A program made the position numbers and the translations under genes. Of a stretch of 64,000 bases of DNA, positions 20,176-31,514 are shown piece after piece. Numbering within the stretch: the stretch's first letter is position 1; every line of letters begins with the position of its first letter. Source of the stretch: Thermoproteota archaeon (GTDB lineage Archaea > Thermoproteota > Thermoprotei_A > Sulfolobales > Ignisphaeraceae); the NCBI GenBank assembly GCA_030550585.1, contig JAUQPB010000001.1:384001-448000 (forward strand). Reading direction: 5' to 3'. A model generated the notes under the pieces. That model did no database searches, was not told the DNA's origin, and was given only the letters and a program-made list of their open reading frames with translations.

Positions 20176-21840
20176 ATGGCAGCACAACCTGTATACGAAC
20201 CCACTGGAATACCAGTTATCATATTAAAGGAAGGGACGTCACGTAGCGCTGGAAGAGATGCGCTAAGAGCAAACATGATGGCTGCCTTGACAATAGCTGA
20301 AATGCTAAAGACCACCTATGGGCCTAAGGGCATGGATAAGATGCTTGTAGATGCGCTAGGCGATGTAACTATAACAAATGATGGTGCAACAATATTAGAT
20401 AAGATGGATGTTCAGCATCCAGCAGCTAAGATGCTTGTCCAAATAGCTAAGGGACAAGATGAAGAGGCTGGCGATGGTACTAAAACAGCTGTGATATTTG
20501 CAGGAGAGCTGTTAAGGAGGGCTGAGGAGCTATTAGACAAGGGATTGCATCCAACTACGATAGTGTCAGGCTATAAGAGAGCCCTCGACTATGCTATACA
20601 AATTGCACAAAACATTGCTGACTCTGTTGATGTAGAGTCTGCGCAAGCCGACGAAATACTAAGAAAGGTAGCTTTATCTTCGTTGACCAGCAAAGCGGTG
20701 CATGGTGCCAGAGAGCATATTGCTGACCTTGTTGTAAAAGCTGTTAAGCAGGTTGCTGAAAAGAGGGCAGATAGATGGTATGTTGATTTAGACAACATCC
20801 AGATAATAAAGAAGAAGGGTGCTGGACTAATAGACAGTATGCTTGTTTATGGTGTTGTTTTGGATAAGGAGGTTGTTCACCCTGCTATGCCTAGGAGGGT
20901 TGAGAACGCTAAGATTGCTTTGCTCGATGCACCACTAGAAATAGAGAAACCGGAGATCGATGCAGAAATAAGGATTAGCGACCCACTACAGATGAGGAAA
21001 TTCCTAGAGGAGAAAGAAAACATTCTAAGGGATATGGTTGAGAAGATTTCTGCTGTTGGTGCTAATGTTGTTATTTGTCAGAAGGGTATTGATGATGTTG
21101 CCCAGCACTATCTGGCTAAGAAGGGTATTATGGCTGTTAGAAGGGTTAAGAGAAGTGACATGGAGAAACTGGAAAGAGCAACTGGCGGGAGAATTGTAAG
21201 CAACATTGAGGATCTGACAGAGAAGGATCTTGGAACATGTGCCCTTGTCGAAGAGAGGAAGGTTGGCGAAGACAAGATGGTGTTTGTCGAGAACTGCAAG
21301 AACCCAAGAGCAGTTTCAATAGTTCTTAGAGCAGGTCTAGAAAGATTGGTTGACGAAGCGGAAAGAAGTGTTAGAGATGCTTTAAGTGCAGTTGCAGATG
21401 TGTATAGAGTTCCAAAGGTGGTTTATGGAGCAGGTGCATTTGAAATAGAGTTGGCTAAGCATATCAGAGACTACGCTAATAAAGTAGGTGGCAAAGAGGG
21501 GCTAGCAGTAGAAGCGTTTGCAAGAGCTTTAGAGGGTGTGGTAGAGACCCTTATAACAAATGCAGGTTTAGACCCTGTCGACATGCTAATGAGATTGAGA
21601 GCCGAGCACATGAAACCCGATGGTAAGTGGGTAGGTGTTGATGTCTTCACAGGAAAGCTTGTCGATGCGAGATCGCTAGGTGTTGTCGAACCTTTACTAG
21701 TGAAAATCTCGGCTCTAAAAGCCGGTACAGAAGCTGCTACACTAATACTCAGAATAGATGATGTGATAGCTGCTGCCAGGAGGAAAGAAGAGGAAAAGAA
21801 GGGAGAAGGAGAGAAGAAAGAAAAAGAAGAGGAGAAGTAA
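20176..21840 (+). CDS. ths: Thermosome (group II chaperonin) subunit
   Basis: [24 protein letters not shown]. Confidence 0.97.
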   Translation: MAAQPVYEPTGIPVIILKEGTSRSAGRDALRANMMAALTIAEMLKTTYGPKGMDKMLVDALGDVTITNDGATILDKMDVQHPAAKMLVQIAKGQDEEAGDGTKTAVIFAGELLRRAEELLDKGLHPTTIVSGYKRALDYAIQIAQNIADSVDVESAQADEILRKVALSSLTSKAVHGAREHIADLVVKAVKQVAEKRADRWYVDLDNIQIIKKKGAGLIDSMLVYGVVLDKEVVHPAMPRRVENAKIALLDAPLEIEKPEIDAEIRISDPLQMRKFLEEKENILRDMVEKISAVGANVVICQKGIDDVAQHYLAKKGIMAVRRVKRSDMEKLERATGGRIVSNIEDLTEKDLGTCALVEERKVGEDKMVFVENCKNPRAVSIVLRAGLERLVDEAERSVRDALSAVADVYRVPKVVYGAGAFEIELAKHIRDYANKVGGKEGLAVEAFARALEGVVETLITNAGLDPVDMLMRLRAEHMKPDGKWVGVDVFTGKLVDARSLGVVEPLLVKISALKAGTEAATLILRIDDVIAAARRKEEEKKGEGEKKEKEEEK

Positions 21841-21841
21841 A

Positions 21842-23482
21842 CTAATCAGATAACAAACCAATTTTTACTAAAACAGGTTCTGGAAGCTCAGGTACTAAAA
21901 CAAGTGCTTCACCAGGTCGTAGCGAAGGAATTATCTTTTTGTATTCTTTTTTTAGAATAGATAAGCCCAACAAAACCTTTATATCCATTGAAGATTTCAT
22001 TGTGTGAATTATCCTTGTGTTTGTATTTCTTAACACAACCGATGATAATAGTGATGGCGACTGTGTAACAACGACAAATCCCATTCCCCATTTCCTAACC
22101 TCTGCAACGAGATTCGATATAGGATTATCTTTTGTAAACACATTATGAGCTTCATCGACTATTATTAACAATGGTTTTTCAATTTCATTGTATTGAGCTT
22201 TTAGCGATGCTGTTTTTATCGATATAGATGCTAAAATTCTCTTTACCCTAGTATTAGGTATTTGCGATAAATCGAATATCGTTATTTTACCTTTTTCGAC
22301 ACCTATCTCCTTTAGGTTCCTCCACTTTATATTCAAATAGTCACTTGATAAAACCTTCAGTTTCCTAATTAAAGCTTCTCTAGATTCGGCAACCCATCTA
22401 GCTGAAATTGAAGTGTTTTGTATAATATCTATTAGCAAATCAATATCATATATATCCATTGATTTTCTATTCAATAGAGTCTTCATAGCCTCTTCCAGTA
22501 TGTGAACTTGTGGTGGTGTTAATTCAAGAGCGTTTTCAAGTATTTCTATAAATGCTAGGGGCTCGTATTCCACAATGCTTCTCAAGTTAAGAAAAGTAGG
22601 TATTGATCCTCCAACCGGATTAGAATATTCAACACCAGCAAAATTATTTAGTAGTGAGAGGTATTCGCCATGCCAATCAATAACAAAGACTAGATAGCCG
22701 TTCTTAGCAGCTTCACGAGCAATAATTGATGCCGTTGTTGATTTTCCACTTCCAGTTGCCCCAACAATTATTATATGTTTTGCTATATGATCTGCTTTCA
22801 ATTTTGCTACTATATTTGTTGAATAGACCAAACCAAGATTTATTATACCATCTTCAAATATCTTTGACAGGTATTCATATTTGCTAGGCTCTACACTAGG
22901 GTAACCCCATTCAAAAGATAGTGGATGTTCAAGTGGAAGATCGTTTTCCATGTTATTTGAGTTAAATTTCTTTTGGAAGGTGTTTAATAACCATTTGAAT
23001 GGATTTTCATGCAAATGCCTATCTATACATTCTTTCAAAATCTTTATTGCATTACCAGAATTCTCAATACCACAATATATACTGTTGTTAGACACATTTT
23101 CGACTATGGAGCACATTACCTCAGCTTCTCTGCTAACATCCTCTTTTTCACTAGATAATATCAGTACATGTGTAGATACCCTAGCCGAATCCAAACAGCT
23201 TAACAATATATATCGCTTACCATGCTCTATAACTCTATTAACCAGCGATTCCAGCAATTTGATTCCAGTGCTTTTTATATGCCCCTGCTCAACAACCTCG
23301 TCACTCCTGTTAACAAATTTTAATGTTACAACAAGACCATAGATATTTGTATTAGGATAGAGTCCTATGCGCAGTACCTCCTTATCATATTTTTCAAAGT
23401 AAATAACAAGATTTTTACGATTCAGTTCCACATCCAATAAAGCCCCCAAATTATATAGACACAAAAATAAGGTGTTTTTCAA
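21842..23482 (-). CDS. HerA/FtsK-like ATPase (DUF87)
   Basis: Walker A GATGSGKST, DWHGEY, Walker B IIVDEAH, RKWG, TQSPS. Confidence 0.85.
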   Translation of the reverse strand: MKNTLFLCLYNLGALLDVELNRKNLVIYFEKYDKEVLRIGLYPNTNIYGLVVTLKFVNRSDEVVEQGHIKSTGIKLLESLVNRVIEHGKRYILLSCLDSARVSTHVLILSSEKEDVSREAEVMCSIVENVSNNSIYCGIENSGNAIKILKECIDRHLHENPFKWLLNTFQKKFNSNNMENDLPLEHPLSFEWGYPSVEPSKYEYLSKIFEDGIINLGLVYSTNIVAKLKADHIAKHIIIVGATGSGKSTTASIIAREAAKNGYLVFVIDWHGEYLSLLNNFAGVEYSNPVGGSIPTFLNLRSIVEYEPLAFIEILENALELTPPQVHILEEAMKTLLNRKSMDIYDIDLLIDIIQNTSISARWVAESREALIRKLKVLSSDYLNIKWRNLKEIGVEKGKITIFDLSQIPNTRVKRILASISIKTASLKAQYNEIEKPLLIIVDEAHNVFTKDNPISNLVAEVRKWGMGFVVVTQSPSLLSSVVLRNTNTRIIHTMKSSMDIKVLLGLSILKKEYKKIIPSLRPGEALVLVPELPEPVLVKIGLLSD

Positions 23483-23661
23483 GAATGTCTTTCATCTATT
23501 GCTTATAGATCTCGCTAAATCTGTAACCCAAGCCACATGCTTCGCTTTAGGAAAAACTGTGTATAATTCATGTGGCTATGGTTCTTGTCAGATTTTGGCA
23601 AGCATATAGAAGTTTATTGGTTTCAGTTTGCTAATATTGTTCCCAACTTCAATTTATGAAT

Positions 23662-24021
23662 CTAATGAGATATCTTTATATAGACTTTGTCCATAACATT
23701 GAAGCTTTTTGCCACCTCTTCATCAGAGGTTGTGAGCAATACTAAAAACCCCCAGAGACTGATGTATATGACTATATTCTCGTTTTCACTTCTCTTCGCA
23801 ACTACGTAGCCATGGGCAACAAAGTCTTTGCCTTCATTGTATTGCGGAAGGTTCTTTGAGATAACAAAAGTAACTTTTTCGCTAGGCTTGAACAGATTTA
23901 ATTTTCTGTGCATATCCATTTTGATTTTAATATTGTTGTTGCACAGCATTTCCATTATTTTAATCTCTGGTATACGAGAATCCGTAATACTTTCTATGTT
24001 ACATGTTAATGTTAAGCTCAT
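23662..24021 (-). CDS. rpo8: RNA polymerase subunit Rpo8 (RpoG)
   Basis: Size and HGYVV...YISLWGFLV OB-fold motif of crenarchaeal Rpo8. Confidence 0.8.
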   Translation of the reverse strand: MSLTLTCNIESITDSRIPEIKIMEMLCNNNIKIKMDMHRKLNLFKPSEKVTFVISKNLPQYNEGKDFVAHGYVVAKRSENENIVIYISLWGFLVLLTTSDEEVAKSFNVMDKVYIKISH

Positions 24022-24192
24022 AAGGCATTACCTATCAAATCACTATAATAAGTTACTTATTAATAAGCCTGAGCTTATATTTTGTAATTAAAAGCTGATG
24101 TTTCTTTAAGAGAATTTCTTTTAGACTGCAAATATTAAAGCTTTTATTTTCATATTTTTAATATAATGCACATAGACCGGTGGTGATATTTA

Positions 24193-24627
24193 TTGAGTTA
24201 CGGTAGTAGAAGCATTATCGGAGAGCTCTCTAAGGCCATAGATAAAAAGATAATAGTCAGACTTGTTGATGGAAAGACCTATATGGGCAAACTTATTTCA
24301 TTCGACCAGAGCTCTCTTCACATTGTATTAGGCAATGCTGAAAGTAGCGATGGTGGAAAATATTATAGAGTTATAGTCAATGGATCGAGAATTTCAGAGA
24401 TTATTATTCAAGAGCAGCCCATGTTTAGCGCTGAAGAGTTTGCCTCAATAATTATCTCGCGCCTTGGGTTACGACCAGATGTTGTAAAGGTTTTATCGGA
24501 TACAAATTCTATTATAATTTATGATAGAATAAAGGTTAGCGAGACAGGTGTTGAGGGTTCTGGCAGTCTAGCACAAAAAATCTATGAAATCTATAACGAA
24601 TATATAGAGAGTAAAAAGAAGGGTTGA
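24193..24627 (+). CDS. Sm-like protein SmAP3 (Lsm plus C-terminal domain)
   Basis: Sm1/Sm2 motifs (YMGKLISFD, VIVNGSRI) plus Lsm_C extension. Confidence 0.88.
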   Translation: MSYGSRSIIGELSKAIDKKIIVRLVDGKTYMGKLISFDQSSLHIVLGNAESSDGGKYYRVIVNGSRISEIIIQEQPMFSAEEFASIIISRLGLRPDVVKVLSDTNSIIIYDRIKVSETGVEGSGSLAQKIYEIYNEYIESKKKG

Positions 24628-24633
24628 ACAAAA

Positions 24634-26209
24634 TTGTTTTGAGATTAGAGATCAAGATCTTGCTGGAAGAATAGGAAGATTGAAGACCAGATCCGGAGTT
24701 ATTGAGACTCCCTATCTCTTTCCGGTAGTTGATCCCTCTCTTCAGGAACAATATGTTAAACCATCTGAGCTAATGGAAATAGGATTTCGTGGCATAATTA
24801 CAAATGCTTATCTGCTGAAAAAAGTTTCTCCTTCACCGATAGACGTTCACAAGCACTTGAATTTCAATGGCGTTGTAATGACTGATTCAGGAGCCTATCA
24901 AATTCTCAAATATGGTGGTATTGAGGTTAGCAACAGAGAGATTATTGAGTATCAATGTGCTATTAAAAGCGATATAGGAGTGATTCTCGATATACCAACC
25001 GGATTTGATGCAAGCAGAGATGAAGCTTTTAGTAGCGCAGACGAGACTTTGAAGAGAGCTCAAGAAGCTGTTAACATTATTTCTGACCCCCTATGCAGAG
25101 AAACTTTATGGACATTACCAGTTCAAGGTGGTATACACCTAGACATACTTCGTGATTATGCTAAAAAGTCTGTAGATATTTTCTACGATGGATTCAGCAT
25201 ATTTGCTTTAGGTAGTCCAACAACACTATTGGAACAGTACATGTTTGATAAAGTAGCAGAAATGATATACACTGTTAGGTCTGAGATACCATTTGCCGCT
25301 CCACTTCATTTGTTTGGTGCCGGACACCCATTAATAATACCCTTTGCCGTTGCCCTTGGTGTAGATCTATTCGATTCTGCAAGTTACATACTCTACGCTA
25401 AAGATGATAGGTATATCACACGCAGAGGAACATATAAACTGAAAAACCTAGACTATAGTACCTGTCAATGCCCAGTATGTTCAAAATATTCACCAAAAGA
25501 GCTATTGGAACTTCCAAAAAAGGAAAGAGTAAGACTTCTGTCTCTACATAATTTATATGTAATTAGGGAAGAAATTAATGAAGTAAAGCAAGCCATTAAA
25601 GAGAATAGACTGTGGGAATACCTCGAATACAAGGCAAACAGCCATCCAGCAGCTAAGAGAATTTTTATGACAATGCTAAAATATTTAGAATATCTCTATA
25701 AGCATTCCCCCCAGTCAAAACCCAACACCCGTGCTGTATTCATCTTATCTGAATACTCCATCTATAACCCAAAGATATTGAGTTCAAGGAGACGATCTAT
25801 TCAGATAAGAAACAGAGGCGGGGAAAATACCTTGGCTTTTCTGCCATATTCTCTTGCAGAAAACAATAGAATAGAAAAGCTTGTAGCCCACTTTTCAAAG
25901 GAATTAAACATTAATCTCCAAACTCTAAAGCTATATCTATACTATCCAATTATAGGGGTTATTCCTGCGGAGCTACATTCTGTATATCCATATTCGCATT
26001 TTGAGTTAGGATTCAGTCCAACAGATAACGCTATTTCTGATCTTGCATATCTAATCTTTGAGATCTTTTTGAAATCAGATAATGTAAATGGGGTATGGAT
26101 AGTCACATGTAAAGAGGATTGGCAAGAAAAATTATATGGGAAGATAGCTAAAATTGCTGAAAATTCTGATATAGGGAGTAAAGTTAAGAAAATTGAATTT
26201 GCCTGCTAA
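24634..26209 (+). CDS. tgtA: Archaeosine tRNA-guanine(15) transglycosylase (5' +1 frameshift after codon 2)
   Basis: MTDSGAYQ, HLFGAGHP, GVDLFDSASY, CQCPVC; conserved FEIRDQDLAGRIG N-terminus is reached only via TTG TTT T GAG. Confidence 0.9.
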
Positions 26210-26214
26210 CAATT

Positions 26215-26946
26215 CTATGTATGCATAACACTTTCTCTTTTTTCCATTCCCGACAAAATCTCTTGCACGCTTTTCTCCAGCTCCTCAATTTTTTCGGCAT
26301 ACTTTATAAGTTCTTGGACATCAACTGAGAGACCCAACAAAGAGTTCAAGACTCTAACAGCTACAGCTGCAGCTCTATGATCAACGCTTTCAGGCTCTGT
26401 GTAGGGAAATATTGCAATAGCTGGTATATTTCTATTTTCTAACATGAGTAATAGGGATGCTATTGGACCTACTATATATGCTCCTTTTACAAAATATGGT
26501 TTATCCAATACCACATTACTCGCCTTTGTCTTTAGCCACCTGAATTCCTCGTCTCCCTCGCGAAAACGTATATCTAAACCCCCTATGAGATACGTTTCGC
26601 TTATTCTTAGCTTTTCTATTAGTGTTTTAAACGCGTTGACAAATGATGTTAAATGTCTTCTATCTGGGTTTACCCTATTAAGCAGTACGACAACACCCAA
26701 ATTTCCGGCATCTTTGAAGAAAATTTCGTGAGGCATGCTTAGACCATATTCTTCCACAGATGTAAAATCTGGTGTATATGGAGGCTCTATGTAGCCGATT
26801 AAACTCATCCCCAATTTTGATACTAAATACCTTGTTGTTAAATACCCAACTGCGCCAAACCCTTGGAAACCTGTAACTAGTGCCATCCTACCCTTTATTA
26901 TAGTAGTTGCGTCTACAAGTATGTTTAATTCATATCCTCTTCTCAT
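26215..26946 (-). CDS. PAC2-family proteasome assembly chaperone (PbaB-like)
   Basis: TGFQGFGAVGYLTT, DHRAAAVAV, C-terminal MHT; co-oriented with PAN. Confidence 0.85.
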   Translation of the reverse strand: MRRGYELNILVDATTIIKGRMALVTGFQGFGAVGYLTTRYLVSKLGMSLIGYIEPPYTPDFTSVEEYGLSMPHEIFFKDAGNLGVVVLLNRVNPDRRHLTSFVNAFKTLIEKLRISETYLIGGLDIRFREGDEEFRWLKTKASNVVLDKPYFVKGAYIVGPIASLLLMLENRNIPAIAIFPYTEPESVDHRAAAVAVRVLNSLLGLSVDVQELIKYAEKIEELEKSVQEILSGMEKRESVMHT

Positions 26947-27469
26947 TTTCACCTTTTCCCACCTTCTCACGTACTTGTACTGCAGGCCCTCTCAAACTGG
27001 TTATCATCGCCTCGTAACTAATTATAGCTCTTCCTACCCCAATCAAATTATCTTCTTCGTCTACTATCAAAATTTCGTCAAAAGGTTTTATGTTTTCATC
27101 ACCGTATATAATATGCTTAGAAAAAACAGTATGGGATTCGAGAACATCTGGCACAATTTCGTTGACGACAACAACGCGGTGTTTGGGAAATGGCAGTGAT
27201 TTATGTAATAGAATTGCTAGGGGAATGTGAGGAATCAACCTAAAGTCAGATGCTCTAATAGATGCAAATAACTCATCTCTATATAGTATGGATCTTAATC
27301 TACCTGTTCTCCTGGAATGACAAAAAGTTAGCTCATTATGATCTATATCTTCAATAGCTTTTCTTGCTGCATCTCCATAAAAATATGTTGTTAGGTATAT
27401 CAATAAATTAACTTCGTTTTTTTCAGGCTTTTTACAATATTGAGACACACTAGACATTGCCTGCCACAT
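26930..27469 (-). CDS. Stand-alone TGT-C2/PUA domain protein
   Basis: SRRTGRLR, RASDFRL, VFSKHI, GVGRA, AVQVRE resemble the TgtA C-terminal domains. Confidence 0.8.
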   Translation of the reverse strand: MWQAMSSVSQYCKKPEKNEVNLLIYLTTYFYGDAARKAIEDIDHNELTFCHSRRTGRLRSILYRDELFASIRASDFRLIPHIPLAILLHKSLPFPKHRVVVVNEIVPDVLESHTVFSKHIIYGDENIKPFDEILIVDEEDNLIGVGRAIISYEAMITSLRGPAVQVREKVGKGENEKRI

Positions 27470-27486
27470 TAGGAGAGCTTATTCTT

Positions 27487-28689
27487 TCACAAGTGATACT
27501 CTGTTATATCACTATTTCTCAACGACTGCGCTGTTAATTGAGAAGAGGTGGCATACGGTCTAAACCTTTTCTTTAAAATCTTGTCTATTGCATAGAGAAA
27601 GTCCTTCTTCTCTACAACAACTCTGCCCTCTCTTATAGCGTGAAGAGCTGCTTCAGTACATATAGCTTTTATTTCGGCTCCTGTAGCCCCCTCTGAAATC
27701 TTGGCCAATTCAACTAAGTCGACATCTATAGCTAACGGCATTTTTCTTGTATGAATCTTGAATATTTCGTAACGGCCTTTGAGATCTGGTAACGGTATCT
27801 CAATTATTTTATCAAATCTTCCGGGCCGCAAAATCGCTGGGTCTAATATATCTATTCTATTCGTTGTTGCAATAATCTTGACATTGTCTAGAGGGTCAAA
27901 TCCGTCGATCTCTGCTAATAGTTGAGTTAAAGTTCTATGTATCTCTCGCTCACCGCTCGTTCCAACATCAAGTCTTCTAGCTGCTATAGCATCAATTTCG
28001 TCTATTAGTATTATTGCTGGTGCTTTCCTCCTCGCCAATGCGAAGATTTCTTTAACAAGCCTAGCACCTTCACCAATGAATTTTTGAGCGAGTTCAGAGG
28101 CTATGATACGAATAAATGTTGCATTGCTCTCATGGGCAACTGCCTTTGCTAGCAAGGTTTTTCCACAGCCAGGAGGTCCATAAAGTAAAACACCTTTTGG
28201 AGGTTCAATACCCATTGCCTTAAATATCAAGGGATTCTTTAAAGGAAGTTCTACGACCTCCCTCAGTTCCGCGACCTGCTCTTCCAAACCCCCAACATCG
28301 GCGTATGTGACATTGGGCCTTTCAATAATTTCAAACACCCTTACACTAGGATCCTCAACCTTTGGTAGGACCTCCACAATGGCTGAGCCTCTTTGATTCA
28401 ATGCCACAGAAGCGCCAGGCCTTAATTTGGATCTATCAACAGACTCTAGAATATTCACTATTAGGATGGGGCCTGAAGAACTTCTCACAATAGCTCTCCC
28501 ATCTGGTAGAACATCTATTAATGTGGCCTCTACAAGTGGTGGTGCTGTAAGCTTCTCTAGCTGAGACTTGTAATACTCTATTTCCTCTCTGTATTTTAGC
28601 AATAACTCTCTTAGAGTTGAAGGATCCGACAAATCTATATTTAATTCAGCATCGTCCTTAGGTTTGTCAATAATGTTTTCATATTCCAT
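27487..28689 (-). CDS. pan: Proteasome-activating nucleotidase
   Basis: [29 protein letters not shown]. Confidence 0.96.
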   Translation of the reverse strand: MEYENIIDKPKDDAELNIDLSDPSTLRELLLKYREEIEYYKSQLEKLTAPPLVEATLIDVLPDGRAIVRSSSGPILIVNILESVDRSKLRPGASVALNQRGSAIVEVLPKVEDPSVRVFEIIERPNVTYADVGGLEEQVAELREVVELPLKNPLIFKAMGIEPPKGVLLYGPPGCGKTLLAKAVAHESNATFIRIIASELAQKFIGEGARLVKEIFALARRKAPAIILIDEIDAIAARRLDVGTSGEREIHRTLTQLLAEIDGFDPLDNVKIIATTNRIDILDPAILRPGRFDKIIEIPLPDLKGRYEIFKIHTRKMPLAIDVDLVELAKISEGATGAEIKAICTEAALHAIREGRVVVEKKDFLYAIDKILKKRFRPYATSSQLTAQSLRNSDITEYHL

Positions 28690-28788
28690 TAACTATTTCG
28701 CCTCTACAGCATCTGCTAAACTATTAATTAAGCTGATCTAAAGCTAAAAACATTTTTCCCAATAGTTTATATAGAAGGTGAGTCTAGA

Positions 28789-29331
28789 CTGAAAGATCAG
28801 AAGATAGTTTATTGCGAGCTATGTGGAAATCCGATAATTGATGGAAAGGCTCACAAAGTTTTGATAGACAATGCAATTCTTACTGTATGCGATAATTGCT
28901 TTAATAAGCTAAGTAAGAAAAAAGCGGATCAAACATCAGTTAAAGAATCTAGTACACCTGCTTCTCAAATTAGAGGTGTAGCACAACCAAAAAGTTCACA
29001 AGACTCTAAAGCTTTGAAAGAGTCTAAGAAGAGAACTACAATTGCATACGAACGCTACGAACTTGTTGAAGACTATGCCGAGAGAATTAGAAGAGCCCGC
29101 GAATCATTAGGATGGAGCCAAAGCGTTCTAGCTGTCAAGGCAAAGGTTGGTGAGAATATCATTAAAAGGATAGAAAGTGGAAAACTTAGGCCATCATTCG
29201 ACTTAGCAAAAAGACTTGAGGAAATTTTAAACATAAGACTCCTTGTGCCGGTTGTTGAAGAGGAAATCAAGGAAAGCAAAAGTGTATCGAAGGAGGTTAC
29301 ACTAGGGGAAATTGTAAATATAAGAGAATGA
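28789..29331 (+). CDS. mbf1: Archaeal MBF1 (Zn ribbon + HTH) (start proposed at CTG 28789)
   Basis: CELCG...VCDNC Zn ribbon, IRRARESLGWSQ HTH, C-terminal TLGEIV. Confidence 0.9.
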   Translation: MKDQKIVYCELCGNPIIDGKAHKVLIDNAILTVCDNCFNKLSKKKADQTSVKESSTPASQIRGVAQPKSSQDSKALKESKKRTTIAYERYELVEDYAERIRRARESLGWSQSVLAVKAKVGENIIKRIESGKLRPSFDLAKRLEEILNIRLLVPVVEEEIKESKSVSKEVTLGEIVNIRE

Positions 29332-29340
29332 TTATGGGGA

Positions 29341-30492
29341 TTGATAATTAAATCAACAAGAGAGACTGTTATTTTAATCATTAAAAAAGATGATGTGCAA
29401 TATCTAGATGAAATTACAGCTGTTGTTAGAGAAGCCGGTTTCGAGCCGAGAAACATTGTCAAAATTTCAAAAACTGATACAAGTTGTTATCTTCCATACG
29501 GCAAAATAATGAAGTTAAAATATGAAATAGAGAACAGTAATGTGAAGAGAATATGTGTTTATGATCATCTAAAACCTAGGCAGATAACTTGTTTAATGAG
29601 AGAATTAAATGTTGATGTAGTAGATCAGGTTATGTTATTGCTTAGAATATTTCAAATGCATGCAGGTTCAAAAGAGGCGTTACTTCAAATTGAAATGGCT
29701 AGACTGAATCATGAACTGCCATTAATTAGGGAGTGGATACGAAGAAGCAAAATGGGTGAGTTACCCGGTTTCTTAGGAGGAGGTAGATATGCTATAGACA
29801 TTCAATATGAACACGTAAAAAGGAGATTGGCTAAAATAAGAAAAGAACTAGCTGAGTTAAGAAATAAGAAAAGAAGTGAAAGGGAAAGAAGAAGACGTTC
29901 AGGATGGATACACATAGCCTTGATTGGCTACACCAATGCCGGTAAAACATCTCTCTTCAACGCTTTAACCAATTTAAATAAACCTACAGGAGATGAATTG
30001 TTTACAACATTAACGCCAAAAACGTATGCACTAAATATTTGTGGTGATGAAGTTGGAAAAATAGTTCTTGTAGATACAATTGGATTTATAAAAAAACTGC
30101 CTATGGAAATTGTCGAAGCTTTTAAAGTTGTTCTCGAAGAAATAAAGGCTGCTGACATTCTGCTATTTGTTATAGATGCTAGCAAAGATCTTCATCTAAT
30201 GTATAATGAGATTGGCACCGCCCTTGACATTCTTCAAAACATAGGTTTTGAAGGAAAACCAATTATTGTTGCACTAAATAAGATCGACCTGTTAAACCCA
30301 AACCCTGAAAGCAAGAGAAATATTGATGATATAGCTAAGTCTGTGACTGAGTATCTTCATAGCAAAAATGTGAATGCCGCAAGAATAGTACCTATATCAG
30401 CCTTAAAGAATATAAATATTGACATGCTAAAGGAGTCTATATGTCAAGTTGTACATCAGCTGAAACCCTTGAAAAACACGTGTATGTACTAA
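29341..30492 (+). CDS. hflX: GTPase HflX
   Basis: GYTNAGKTSLFN, LFTTL, DTIGFI, NKID. Confidence 0.95.
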   Translation: MIIKSTRETVILIIKKDDVQYLDEITAVVREAGFEPRNIVKISKTDTSCYLPYGKIMKLKYEIENSNVKRICVYDHLKPRQITCLMRELNVDVVDQVMLLLRIFQMHAGSKEALLQIEMARLNHELPLIREWIRRSKMGELPGFLGGGRYAIDIQYEHVKRRLAKIRKELAELRNKKRSERERRRRSGWIHIALIGYTNAGKTSLFNALTNLNKPTGDELFTTLTPKTYALNICGDEVGKIVLVDTIGFIKKLPMEIVEAFKVVLEEIKAADILLFVIDASKDLHLMYNEIGTALDILQNIGFEGKPIIVALNKIDLLNPNPESKRNIDDIAKSVTEYLHSKNVNAARIVPISALKNINIDMLKESICQVVHQLKPLKNTCMY

Positions 30493-31007
30493 GACTTGGC
30501 CATAGACCACATAGAGACCGTAGAATTACGACACATGTTGCACTTGTAGCTAGAGCCTTTGGTGCTAGAGGTTTATATCTTGCTGATGTTACAGACGAAA
30601 ATGTTAAGCAATCTATCGCCAAGGTTGTTAGTCGATGGGGCGGATCCTACTTTAAGGTTGTAGACGGTGTCAGCCCATTTGAGATCATAAGACAGTTCAA
30701 GAAGGAGAAATCATGTGTTGTACACTTGACTATGTATGGACTTCCTGTGGACAGCGTGATTAGAGATATTGTGGAAAAATGTGAAGAGATTTTGGTAATA
30801 GTTGGTGCCGAGAAAGTGGATAGGGTATTTTATGATTTGGCTGATTATAATGTTGCTATAGGTAATCAGCCCCATTCTGAAGTTTCTGCTTTGGCAATAT
30901 TTCTAGACAGACTGTGGCAAGGACGCGAAATGAGCTTATGTTTCCCCGACGCAAAATACTATATTGTGCCCAGTGCGAGAGGTAAGGTGGTGAAACCCTT
31001 TGAATGA
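30441..31007 (+). CDS. trm56: tRNA (cytidine56-2'-O)-methyltransferase
   Basis: RLGHRPHRDRRITTHVAL, HLTMYG, GNQPHSEV. Confidence 0.95.
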   Translation: MSSCTSAETLEKHVYVLRLGHRPHRDRRITTHVALVARAFGARGLYLADVTDENVKQSIAKVVSRWGGSYFKVVDGVSPFEIIRQFKKEKSCVVHLTMYGLPVDSVIRDIVEKCEEILVIVGAEKVDRVFYDLADYNVAIGNQPHSEVSALAIFLDRLWQGREMSLCFPDAKYYIVPSARGKVVKPFE

Positions 31008-31506
31008 TAGTGGCATAATCAAAATCGTGGAGCAGATGTATGGAGCAAATGGCAGAAAGATTCTAGAGGTTCTCTTGAATTCTCCCAATGGAAGAACAAT
31101 TGAAGAAATTGCGCAGGAGACAAGTATTAGAGTTAATGATGTGAGAAGACTATTGTATGAAATGAGCCAAGATGGGCTTGTTGCATATATTCGTAGTCAA
31201 CGTGGCGAGAGCCATTGGTATAGCTATAGGTGGTACTCAAATTACTCGATGCTTAAAGCCTCTCTTGCAAGGAGGCTTAAAGAAGTTATTAGAGTTTTGC
31301 AAGAGAGATTAAACTTTGAAACAAGCAACACATTCTACATATGCCCAAATGATCAATCAGTATATACATTTGAGGAAGCATTCGAAAACAACTTTCAATG
31401 TATACAGTGTGGTTCAGATCTAGTAGAATTTGATAATAGACCAATAGTATCATATCTGAGCAATATTATTGAAAAGCTCAAAAAATATGATAATAGTGTT
31501 GGCTGA
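31000..31506 (+). CDS. tfe: Transcription factor E (TFE alpha)
   Basis: wHTH (VRRLLYEM) plus Zn ribbon FYICP...FEEAFENNFQCIQCG. Confidence 0.9.
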   Translation: MNDSGIIKIVEQMYGANGRKILEVLLNSPNGRTIEEIAQETSIRVNDVRRLLYEMSQDGLVAYIRSQRGESHWYSYRWYSNYSMLKASLARRLKEVIRVLQERLNFETSNTFYICPNDQSVYTFEEAFENNFQCIQCGSDLVEFDNRPIVSYLSNIIEKLKKYDNSVG

Positions 31507-31514
31507 TTGGAATA

